From Okeania sp. (GTDB lineage: Bacteria; Cyanobacteriota; Cyanobacteriia; Cyanobacteriales; Microcoleaceae), in the NCBI RefSeq assembly GCF_035285525.1, contig NZ_JAYKGW010000120.1, positions 1-18,467 on the forward strand: DNA of 18,467 nt, written 5' to 3'. Below the pieces are notes generated by a model that saw nothing but the letters and a program-made list of their open reading frames with translations, was not told the origin of the DNA and made no database searches. The translations under genes were made by a program, and so were the position numbers. This document shows positions 7,497 through 14,685 of this stretch, one piece after another (position 1 is the first letter of the stretch; each line of letters begins with the position of its first letter).

Positions 7497-8159
7497 ATGA
7501 ATGATTCTTGGTTCTCAATTATTACAAGACAAGGGGAAGAAAAAATCCAAATTAATAGTACAGAAATTTATCAAACTTTGTATATAGAAATAAAACAAAA
7601 GTTAGCATTGGATGTTTCAGTAGTTCAAATTTTAGAATGGATGGTTAATAAAGTAGTAGTTGCTTATGAAAATCATCAAAAAAAATACCAAACAAAAATA
7701 ACAAGATTAACTACAGGAGTGCTCAATAATTCAAAAGGTAGATGGCATGAATTTATAATAACTGGATTATTTGCGGAAGTAGCTATTGATTTTTATTTGA
7801 AACATCAGGTTAGTCTAATAATATTTAGACTTCCTAATTCTAGAGATGAAACTAAACCTGAATATTTAAAGCTTTTTGATCACCAAAAATTTCAGATAAA
7901 TTATCCTCTGGAAAATATTGAAAAAATTAAAGAAAGAATTTTTTTCTCAAGTCCTGATTATCTTATTTCAGTCATTGAAAATGAGGAACTTTTTCATTTA
8001 ATCCAGCCATATATAAAACTACAAGCAAAGCAACCAGAATATTTAGGAGTAGAAATTTATGATTTATTAAAAGGTAAACTCAAATCTAGAGAAGTAAAAG
8101 GTTTTATATCTGTTAAAGTTATCAAACCGTCCAGACCGTCCTTATCAAGCTTTGTATGA
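7497..8159 (+). CDS. Uncharacterised protein, N-terminal part of a candidate restriction endonuclease or defence effector
   Basis: The first ATG of track ORF 7410-8159 is at 7497 (MNDSWFSIITRQ...). The region is very AT-rich (15/60 and 13/60 G+C in the two lines counted). It is convergent with the C5 methyltransferase. It contains YD-x11-EVK (IYDLLKGKLKSREVKG), compatible with but not diagnostic of a PD-(D/E)XK nuclease core. Confidence 0.45.
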   Translation: MNDSWFSIITRQGEEKIQINSTEIYQTLYIEIKQKLALDVSVVQILEWMVNKVVVAYENHQKKYQTKITRLTTGVLNNSKGRWHEFIITGLFAEVAIDFYLKHQVSLIIFRLPNSRDETKPEYLKLFDHQKFQINYPLENIEKIKERIFFSSPDYLISVIENEELFHLIQPYIKLQAKQPEYLGVEIYDLLKGKLKSREVKGFISVKVIKPSRPSLSSFV

Positions 8160-8382
8160 AACAGCTATGATTAAAGCTATTAGTTATAGATCGGGACAAA
8201 TATGGAAATATTATATGATAACTGCTGAAGACTTTTCTAATTCAGATAAAAGAATATTTAGCCAAGGTATTGCACCTCATGGTATTGCTTTAAATCTAGA
8301 CTTAAAAAGTGTTGATAATATGTATTCAGATTATAAGCAGCAGGATTTAATTAACTTAGTTGAGGATGCCATTTTTAGATGA
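8152..8382 (+). CDS. Uncharacterised ORF, probably the C-terminal part of the preceding gene displaced by a +1 frameshift
   Basis: This frame is open from 8098 and overlaps the end of the previous frame by about 60 nt. It has only a TTG start at 8152. Its composition matches the upstream ORF. Confidence 0.35.
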   Translation: MYETAMIKAISYRSGQIWKYYMITAEDFSNSDKRIFSQGIAPHGIALNLDLKSVDNMYSDYKQQDLINLVEDAIFR

Positions 8383-8409
8383 TTATTAAGGCTCTACTAA
8401 ATATACATA

Positions 8410-8437
8410 AAAAGGTTAAACTATATACTTACCTTTT
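8410..8437. terminator. Weak AT-rich hairpin between the convergent ORF and the methyltransferase gene (possible bidirectional terminator)
   Basis: AAAAGGT (8410-8416) pairs with ACCTTTT (8431-8437) across a 14 nt loop, in the 66 bp tail-to-tail gap. Confidence 0.25.
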
Positions 8438-8448
8438 GGAGAATAAAC

Positions 8449-9621
8449 TCAAGGTAATTCTAACTGATAACTTATTTCTTCTTGATAATTAATTTTTTCC
8501 ATATTAAGGAAAGAAAGAAGAGTATTAGCAACTCCTTTAGCAGCTAAATATGGTACTCCATTACCAATAGTTTTAAACTTATTAGTGAGAGTCATATTAT
8601 TTGGTAAAGCAAATTTTTCAGGTAAAGACTGAATAGCTAATGCTTCTGAAACAGAAAGACGACGAACTTTATATGGATGTAAATGAACTTCATTATTTCC
8701 ATAACAAGCAGTGGGAGAATAACGCCATCGATGCAGGCGTTTATAAGATTTTTTCCGAGCATCTCCTTCTGCTACTGCCTCAAATTTTATTCGACCTGCT
8801 CTTGGTTGAAAATAATCTTTGGAATTAGGATGATAAACAACATTATTTTGCCTAAACCAATGCTCAACTGTTAATTCTTCAGGTATTCCTGTAGGGCAAT
8901 TTATTTCTGAATTTTCTACAAAAGGATTTGTCTGAGGCCAACCATAAGAAAACACTTGATTTTGAGGATATAGTACATACTTTTCCCAAGGAAAAATTTT
9001 TTCAGGAATTACTTTGCTATAGCCAATATTAAAACCTTTATCCTTAACTAATGTACATCGAAAACCAATTAAAATAATTCTATATCTATCTTGGGGAACT
9101 CCATATTCAATAGCATTAATTAAACGTTCAGTAATAATATATCCGTATTTATATAACTTACATTTTATCTCCTCATAAAAAGCTCGATGTTTTTTAGTAG
9201 ACCATAAACCTTTAACATTTTCAAAGACAAAAAAATCTGGTTGTTGCTGACAAATTAATTCAATATAAGCATCTGACAATTTACCATTATCTCCATTTTT
9301 CCCCCGATTTTTTCCACCTATGGAAAAGTCAGGGCAAGGAGGTCCGCCAATAAATCCAATAAAATTAGAATTTATCCGAGAATCTTTGACTAATTCTTGT
9401 AAATAAATTTTGCCATTTTCTTCAGTTAAACTAACTAAACTATCTGCAAAATATCCATATTCTGGCTCAGATATTTCTAATAATTGTCGAGCATAAATAT
9501 AAGCTTCCTTAAAAGGAGCAAAAATTTCGTTGACAAATACAATATCAAAGGCAGTATTTTCAAAACCTAAGTCTAAAAAACCACACCCAGAAAAAAAGGA
9601 AAAAATTTTTATTTTTGGCAT
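8449..9621 (-). CDS. DNA (cytosine-5)-methyltransferase
   Basis: All the canonical C5-MTase motifs are present: I FSFFSGCGFLDLGF, IV GGPPCPDFS (catalytic Cys), VI FVFENVKGL, VIII QDRYRIILIGF, IX RRLSVSEALAIQSLP, X GNGVPYLAAKGVA. The start is placed at the MMPKIK methionines (9624/9621), because the 18 upstream codons of the track ORF are repeat-element sequence. Confidence 0.92.
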   Translation of the reverse strand: MPKIKIFSFFSGCGFLDLGFENTAFDIVFVNEIFAPFKEAYIYARQLLEISEPEYGYFADSLVSLTEENGKIYLQELVKDSRINSNFIGFIGGPPCPDFSIGGKNRGKNGDNGKLSDAYIELICQQQPDFFVFENVKGLWSTKKHRAFYEEIKCKLYKYGYIITERLINAIEYGVPQDRYRIILIGFRCTLVKDKGFNIGYSKVIPEKIFPWEKYVLYPQNQVFSYGWPQTNPFVENSEINCPTGIPEELTVEHWFRQNNVVYHPNSKDYFQPRAGRIKFEAVAEGDARKKSYKRLHRWRYSPTACYGNNEVHLHPYKVRRLSVSEALAIQSLPEKFALPNNMTLTNKFKTIGNGVPYLAAKGVANTLLSFLNMEKINYQEEISYQLELP

Positions 9622-9625
9622 CATT

Positions 9626-9868
9626 TTAACGAAGTCAGAAGTCAGAATTTGTTTTTGTAATACCATGTCCGGTAGCATCGGAGCGTGTATAGAATTAAGG
9701 TGAAAATGACATAAAAGCTTCTGCCCTCAGCATAAGTGCCTTCTGACTTCCTTTCACCAAAGTCTAATTATTCAACCGGACATGATATAAGGGGGATTTG
9801 AGCAACTCCCCAAAAACTTTTCGCTTTACAAGGTGGGATTGCGCGACCCAATTATTTTAATAAAGTAT
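9626..9868 (-). repeat. Upstream module, copy B, split by a 123 bp MITE and ending 1 nt before the methyltransferase ATG
   Basis: The two parts, 9795-9868 and 9626-9660, read on the minus strand are colinear with 2271-2381. The intervening 9661-9787 is the TA-flanked MITE. Confidence 0.75.
9663..9785. mobile_element. MITE, TA-flanked family, copy 1 (123 bp)
   Basis: The ends CCATGTCCGGT and ACCGGACATGA form an 11 bp terminal inverted repeat. TA dinucleotides lie on both sides (9661-9662 and 9786-9787). The interior is homologous to 11210-11317. Confidence 0.8.
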
Positions 9869-9899
9869 TGTATTATAAATCCCCATTACTCCATCATTT

Positions 9900-9920
9900 C
9901 AGTTATCAGTTATCAGTAAC
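9900..9920. repeat. STRR-type heptamer repeat (CAGTTAT x3)
   Basis: The sequence is CAGTTAT CAGTTAT CAGTAAC. The same unit recurs at 14686-14720. Confidence 0.8.
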
Positions 9921-9934
9921 TCAAATTATATAAT

Positions 9935-10036
9935 TAGGACTTACGCAGAAACAGGGTTTATCAACGAAATTTCCTGGTTTGAACAACAATATCCAAGTAA
10001 TAAACCCGGTTTCTTGGTTGCTTTGCGTAAGTCCCG
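9935..10036. mobile_element. MITE of the CAGGACTTACGCA family, subfamily with a GAAACCCGGTTTCT-type core
   Basis: TAGGACTTACGCAGAAACAGGG...AAACCCGGTTTCTTGGTTGCTTTGCGTAAGTCCCG. Flanks are ATAAT and ATCAT (a 4/5 match for a 5 bp duplication). The interior is homologous to 14787-14870. Confidence 0.8.
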
Positions 10037-10070
10037 ATCATATATCTTTAATAATCCTATAATTACTTCA

Positions 10071-10118
10071 ATCACCCCATCACCCCATCACCCCATCACT
10101 CCATCACCCCATCACTCC
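10071..10118. repeat. Octamer tandem repeat (ATCACCCC/ATCACTCC x6) overlapping the 3' end of nadK
   Basis: Six consecutive 8 bp units. The last 7 codons and the stop of the NAD kinase ORF (SDGVME, stop) are encoded by the repeat. Confidence 0.9.
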
Positions 10119-11031
10119 GATACTTATTTTGATATTTAATTCTAGTACCTGCCCATTGTAATTTTTCTCTAAGAGTCTGAAAATATGAATAATTTTCCCG
10201 TAAAATAATAAACTTAGCTTGACAATCTGCTATGCGCAAATCCACCCTTTGTCCCGGCCAAATCGCAGTACACAAAACCCCATCTGCCCAAAGTTTAGTA
10301 GTTAAATCATTATCCTGTAACGGCCAAACACTAACTATACAACCAGGAGGAAGAACAATAGGACGACTCGAAAGACTCAAAGGACAAATTGGAGTCACAG
10401 AAATAGCATCCATACCAGAGTGCATAATCGGTCCGTTAGCAGAAGCAGTATAACAAGTCGAACCCGTCGGACTCGCAACAATCAATCCATCCCCTTGATA
10501 TTGATCTACAACCTCCCCATCAACCTCTACCTCCAAAATAGAAGTAAGCATTCTATCAGCAGAAGCAGGTTTAATACAAAACTCATTCAATGCCAAAAAG
10601 CGATCGCTTGCCAGTTTAAAATTAGAGCGATCGCCCTCAAATACTGCTGACTGTAACATCATCCGCAGTTGTACCGCATAACGATCTTCAAACAACCTAT
10701 CCCATACTTTCTCTGTATCTTTAAAATCTTCAAAATTCTCAGTCAAAAAACCTAAATGTCCTCCCACATTAACTGCTAATATCGAAATACCCTCTGCTGC
10801 TAAATGTCTAGCTGCTGCTAAAGCACTACCATCTCCACCTAAAACTATTGCCAAGTCAATTTTCTGACTGCTGGAAGCCAGAAAAACTGGATAAGGATTA
10901 TCTTGCGCACCACTTGGACCCATCAACACTTGACACCCTCTATCTTCTAACTGTCTAGCACATTGTTCTGCATAATGGCGACTCATATCATGTTTAGCTT
11001 TATGAGCAATAATTACTCGTTTAATATCCAT
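10096..11031 (-). CDS. nadK: NAD(+) kinase
   Basis: 311 aa with the GGDGSALAAAR (GGDG) motif, NVGGHLGFLTE, and GDGLIVASPTGSTCYTASANGPI. Confidence 0.93.
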   Translation of the reverse strand: MDIKRVIIAHKAKHDMSRHYAEQCARQLEDRGCQVLMGPSGAQDNPYPVFLASSSQKIDLAIVLGGDGSALAAARHLAAEGISILAVNVGGHLGFLTENFEDFKDTEKVWDRLFEDRYAVQLRMMLQSAVFEGDRSNFKLASDRFLALNEFCIKPASADRMLTSILEVEVDGEVVDQYQGDGLIVASPTGSTCYTASANGPIMHSGMDAISVTPICPLSLSSRPIVLPPGCIVSVWPLQDNDLTTKLWADGVLCTAIWPGQRVDLRIADCQAKFIILRENYSYFQTLREKLQWAGTRIKYQNKYRSDGVME

Positions 11032-11069
11032 AGTTAATATTTTATATAGATTTATGATAATTTCTGAAT

Positions 11070-11160
11070 CAGGACTTACCCAGCCCCCTAGATATAGTGC
11101 TTAAAACCCCATAAGCAATAGTTTTTTAACTCTACATATAGTACCTTTGCCTAAGTCCTG
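11070..11160. mobile_element. MITE of the CAGGACTTACGCA family, IS-end subfamily (91 bp)
   Basis: CAGGACTTACCCAG...CTACATATAGTACCTTTGCCTAAGTCCTG. The right end read in reverse (CAGGACTTAGGCAAAGGTACTATATGTAGAG) parallels the IS end at 340-370. A perfect 5 bp duplication, TGAAT, lies at 11065-11069 and 11161-11165. Confidence 0.8.
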
Positions 11161-11209
11161 TGAATAACTTATGATTATACAACAGATTTCGGAAAAATAA
11201 TGTATGATA

Positions 11210-11317
11210 TCATATCCGGTAGCATCGTTTTTGTATAAAATTAAGGTGGAAATGGCATAAAAGCTTGAGCATAGCTACCTTCCTTCCACCAAAGTCTAAT
11301 TATTCAACCGGACATGA
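11210..11317. mobile_element. MITE, TA-flanked family, copy 2 (108 bp)
   Basis: The ends are TCATATCCGGT and ACCGGACATGA, flanked by TA at 11208-11209 and 11318-11319. The interior matches copy 1 (GTAGCATCG...ATTAAGGTG.AAATG.CATAAAAGCTT...CACCAAAGTCTAATTATTCAACCGGACATGA). Confidence 0.8.
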
Positions 11318-11431
11318 TATGAGGTAAAGATTGAAAACATTGTAGTGCGATTTTTCGGGAACCGTGCATCTTGCCCACGTCGCAAGTACCTCACAGGCAA
11401 TGAGCGCTATATATCAATACCCTGTACTCAC

Positions 11432-11461
11432 AAAAAAACCTCCAACAGGAGGCAAAAAAAA
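11432..11461 (-). terminator. Candidate intrinsic terminator downstream of ctaE
   Basis: AAAAAAACCTCCAACAGGAGGCAAAAAAAA. A 5 bp CCTCC/GGAGG stem with a 4 nt loop is followed by a T-run on the minus strand. The stem is short. Confidence 0.4.
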
Positions 11462-11563
11462 TAATCAATTGTTGTAAGCATTTCCTGCGAAATTAAGCGA
11501 TCAGCATTTTCTGGATTAACTAGCTCAGTAGTTGTGCAGGTTTAAATCCTCTTCTAAATATTT

Positions 11564-11598
11564 ACTGCTGACTGCTGACTGCTTATTGCTGATTGCTT
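11564..11598. repeat. Heptamer tandem repeat (ACTGCTG/ATTGCTG x5) abutting the ctaE stop codon
   Basis: The sequence is ACTGCTG ACTGCTG ACTGCTT ATTGCTG ATTGCTT, and it ends 4 nt from the TAA at 11603-11605. Confidence 0.85.
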
Positions 11599-11602
11599 AT
11601 TA

Positions 11603-12238
11603 TTAAAACAAAGTCAAAATGTACAGTAAGGTGAACAAAACAATCCAGATAATATCAACAAAGTGCCAATATATTTCTGCCACCTCAACATCAACATGCT
11701 TGTCTGCATTGTAATGACCAGCACGACGAGAACTCCACAACACGCCCAGAATTAGTAATACACCAACAAAAACATGGAGACCGTGGAAACCAGTCATCAC
11801 ATAAAAACAGTTGGAAAACACATTAGTAGTGAGACCATAACCTAAAGTCTTGTATTCATAAACCTGACCACCCAAGAAAATGATACCCATGATTGCTGTA
11901 ACTGCATACCATAAGCGCATTCCGGCAAGATCATTCTTTTTGATAGCAGTATCACCCTTGTGAATCACAAAACTACTGGAAACCAGAATAATAGTATTAA
12001 TTGAGGGCACTAATAACTCTACCTCTGTTTCTTCAGGAGGCCAAACACCAGCATTTGCTCGATAAACTAAATAAGCAACAAATAAACCGCCAAACATTAA
12101 AGACTCAGAAGCGAGAAAAGTTAATAACCCGAAAACTCTTAAATGCTCATTGTCATGGTGATGTCCTGCTTCTACTGATTCTGAATGAACCGAAGTATCA
12201 ACTAAATTATCAGTTGGATCGATGGTTGAACCTTGCAT
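11603..12238 (-). CDS. ctaE: Cytochrome c oxidase subunit III
   Basis: 211 aa. It has typical subunit III helices and the C-terminal block EIYWHFVDIIWIVLF. It is third in the ctaCDE order. Confidence 0.93.
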   Translation of the reverse strand: MQGSTIDPTDNLVDTSVHSESVEAGHHHDNEHLRVFGLLTFLASESLMFGGLFVAYLVYRANAGVWPPEETEVELLVPSINTIILVSSSFVIHKGDTAIKKNDLAGMRLWYAVTAIMGIIFLGGQVYEYKTLGYGLTTNVFSNCFYVMTGFHGLHVFVGVLLILGVLWSSRRAGHYNADKHVDVEVAEIYWHFVDIIWIVLFTLLYILTLF

Positions 12239-12266
12239 AATCTTTTGTACCTAAATAAAATTAATT

Positions 12267-12704
12267 TCTGAAATGTAGGTTTGGTTGTTCCCGTTAGGGT
12301 TGCGTAGCATGGAACGAAACTCAACAATAATCTATTTTCCCCTACTCCTCTACTCTCTAATGCACAGTTTTAGGTATGTCAGTATACTACCGGACTGAAA
12401 CAGCTAAAAATGTAGGTTGGGTTTGTTCGCTTCAGGGTTGCGTTCGCCAACTTCATGGCGCAGCAAAGCCAAGTATGGAAAGAAACCCAAAAATCTTAAG
12501 ATTATGTTGGGTTTCGGTTCCTCAACCCAACCTACCTCTAACTGAAAAAGTTAAAAATGTAGGTTAGGGTTGTTTCGCTAACGCGACATGAACATGAACT
12601 TCATTGCGTTTATAGCATTGCGAAACAAAACAAAGTATGGCACGAAATCCAAAAGTAGTAAGGTTGTGTTGTATTTCACTGTCGTTCTACAAGGGCCTAC
12701 ATTT
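12267..12704. repeat. Three tandem diverged copies of a GTAGGTTGGGTT...AACCCAACCTAC element (unit about 147 bp) in the ctaD-ctaE spacer
   Basis: There is a partial copy at about 12267-12330, a copy at 12394-12536 with terminal inverted repeats GTAGGTTGGGTT/AACCCAACCTAC, and a copy at 12541-12704 ending CCTACATTT. All share the leader CTGAAA..AAAATGTAGGTT and the core AG(T/C)ATGG.A.GAAA..CAA. Confidence 0.75.
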
Positions 12705-12756
12705 ATTATGTGTTAATACCTATTTTCAGACGGGCAAAATGCCCATCCCACTTAAT

Positions 12757-12903
12757 CAGAACTTACACATGAGGAACGCAATTTCAAGGCTTGAGGTTGA
12801 TATCCTCACCGACTGCGACCCATTCATGTCCTGGAGCAAAACCCTGTCGCTGGCGCTGCGAGTCTCACAATGACAGAAATACCTTGCGCGTGCGTAAGTC
12901 CTA
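12757..12903. mobile_element. MITE of the CAGGACTTACGCA family, third subfamily with a GC-richer core (147 bp)
   Basis: CAGAACTTACACATGAGG...GCGCGTGCGTAAGTCCTA. A perfect 5 bp duplication, TTAAT, lies at 12752-12756 and 12904-12908. The element ends 29 nt from the ctaD stop. Confidence 0.7.
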
Positions 12904-12932
12904 TTAATATTCATCCCTTAATTCAGCAACAC

Positions 12933-14684
12933 CTAATTCCCCTCTGAAGGATTCTGAGAATCAAAGGATGAAGAATCAACTTCAGATACAGGTACACCTG
13001 CTTCCTTAACATCGGAACCTGGTTGAGAAATCAGATTCAACTTATCTCGAATACCCAAAGTTTTCTTTGTGCCAAAATCATAAGGACCACCAGTAACCAC
13101 TGGCAATACTTCCCAGTTTTCAATCAGAGGAGGTGAGCTAGTAGTCCACTCTAAAGATAAACCATTCCAAGGATTATCCCCTGCTTTCGGTCCATACATC
13201 CAACTCCAAACCATATTAATAAAGAATGGAAGTACAGATAAACCTAACAGAATTGACCCATAAGTACAAATCTGGTTGAGAGATTCAAACCGAGGATCGT
13301 ACATCGCAATACGACGTGGCATTCCCTGTAAACCTAATTGGTGCATAGGTAGAAAAGTCAGGTTAGTTCCAATGAATGTCAAAACAAAATGAATCCGACC
13401 CCACGTTTCGTTGTACATCCGACCTGTGATTTTAGGGAACCAGTGATATATACCTGCATACAGACCAAATACTGAACCACCAAAGAGAACGTAATGGAAG
13501 TGACCTACCACATAGTAACTATCATGGACGTGAACATCAAAGGGAGCAGTCCCTAAAGTGATACCGCTTAATCCACCCATAACAAACATTGCTAATAAAC
13601 CAATAGCAAACAGCATGGCACTGGTGAAGCGAATTTTTCCACCCCAGAGAGTAGCTACCCAACTAAAGATTTTCACTCCTGTGGGAACTGCCACAATCAG
13701 AGTGGAAATAGTGAAAAACATCCGCATCCAAGGAGGAGTTCCACTGGTGAACATATGGTGTACCCATACGAATAAACCTACTAAGCAAATAGCAAGACTA
13801 GAGTAGGCGATCGCTGAATAACCAAATATTGGTTTGCGAGCATGAATAGGAATAACTTCTGAGAGAATGCCAAATATTGGCAGAATCATCAGATAAACCG
13901 CGGGGTGAGAATAAAACCAAAATAAGTGCTGGTAGACAATCACATCGCCACCCATTTCTGGTCTAAAGAAACCGGTGCCAAAGTTGATATCAAATAATAA
14001 CATGATTAAACCTGCTGCTAAAACAGGAGTGGAGCATAAAGCTAAAACCGAGGTTGCGAGTATTGCCCAACAGAATAAAGGAAGCTGATCCCATCTCATG
14101 CTAGGGATTTTCATTTTCAGGATGGTGACAATAAAGTTTAATGCACCCATAATAGAGGAAGTTCCCACTAACACGATACTGATAATCCATAAAGATTGTC
14201 CGATGTTGTTAGTGATAATGCTAAGTGGTGGATATGATGTCCAGCCACTTTGCGCTCCACCAAAAGCTAAACTAGCCAGTAATAATGCTCCAGCAGGTGG
14301 GTTAAGCCAGAAGGCGATCGCATTGAGGTTAGGAAATGCCATGTCTCTTGCTCCTACCATTAAGGGAACAAGGTAGTTCCCGAAACCACCTATCGCAGCA
14401 GGGACGATCCACAGGAAAATCATCATCGTCCCATGATTTGTGAGGAAAGCATTGTATATTTCTGGTTCGAGAACATCTGGATCTGGTGTATAGAGTTCGG
14501 CTCTGATACCCATTGCCATTAAACCAGCGATCAAATAAAATATGAAAGCAGTAACCAGATATTGAATACCGATCACTTTGTGGTCTATGTTATAACCGAA
14601 GTAGTGATACCATTTCCACTCCTTCGGATGTGGTTTTTCTGGTTGTAATTGTTGATTATCTAAAGGAATTTGTGCTTGTGCCAT
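12933..14684 (-). CDS. ctaD: Cytochrome c oxidase subunit I
   Basis: 583 aa with the heme-copper oxidase signatures HLFWFYSHPAVYLMILP, VWVHHMFTSG and HDSYYVVGHFHYVLFGG. Confidence 0.97.
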   Translation of the reverse strand: MAQAQIPLDNQQLQPEKPHPKEWKWYHYFGYNIDHKVIGIQYLVTAFIFYLIAGLMAMGIRAELYTPDPDVLEPEIYNAFLTNHGTMMIFLWIVPAAIGGFGNYLVPLMVGARDMAFPNLNAIAFWLNPPAGALLLASLAFGGAQSGWTSYPPLSIITNNIGQSLWIISIVLVGTSSIMGALNFIVTILKMKIPSMRWDQLPLFCWAILATSVLALCSTPVLAAGLIMLLFDINFGTGFFRPEMGGDVIVYQHLFWFYSHPAVYLMILPIFGILSEVIPIHARKPIFGYSAIAYSSLAICLVGLFVWVHHMFTSGTPPWMRMFFTISTLIVAVPTGVKIFSWVATLWGGKIRFTSAMLFAIGLLAMFVMGGLSGITLGTAPFDVHVHDSYYVVGHFHYVLFGGSVFGLYAGIYHWFPKITGRMYNETWGRIHFVLTFIGTNLTFLPMHQLGLQGMPRRIAMYDPRFESLNQICTYGSILLGLSVLPFFINMVWSWMYGPKAGDNPWNGLSLEWTTSSPPLIENWEVLPVVTGGPYDFGTKKTLGIRDKLNLISQPGSDVKEAGVPVSEVDSSSFDSQNPSEGN

Positions 14685-14685
14685 T

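Noticed and set aside
8640-8874. Plus-strand ORFs 8640-8828 and 8683-8874
   Set aside because: They are antisense to the methyltransferase gene, whose motif content clearly identifies the minus strand as coding.
10232-10650. Plus-strand ORFs 10232-10453 and 10420-10650
   Set aside because: They are antisense to nadK, which carries the GGDG and TGST.Y signatures on the minus strand.
12376-12873. Track ORFs 12376-12567 and 12637-12873 as small proteins in the cta operon
   Set aside because: Both lie entirely within the tandem GTAGGTTGGGTT-type repeat units and the MITE. Their similar peptides (MERNPKILRLCWV and MARNPKVVRLCCI) are translations of the same repeat.
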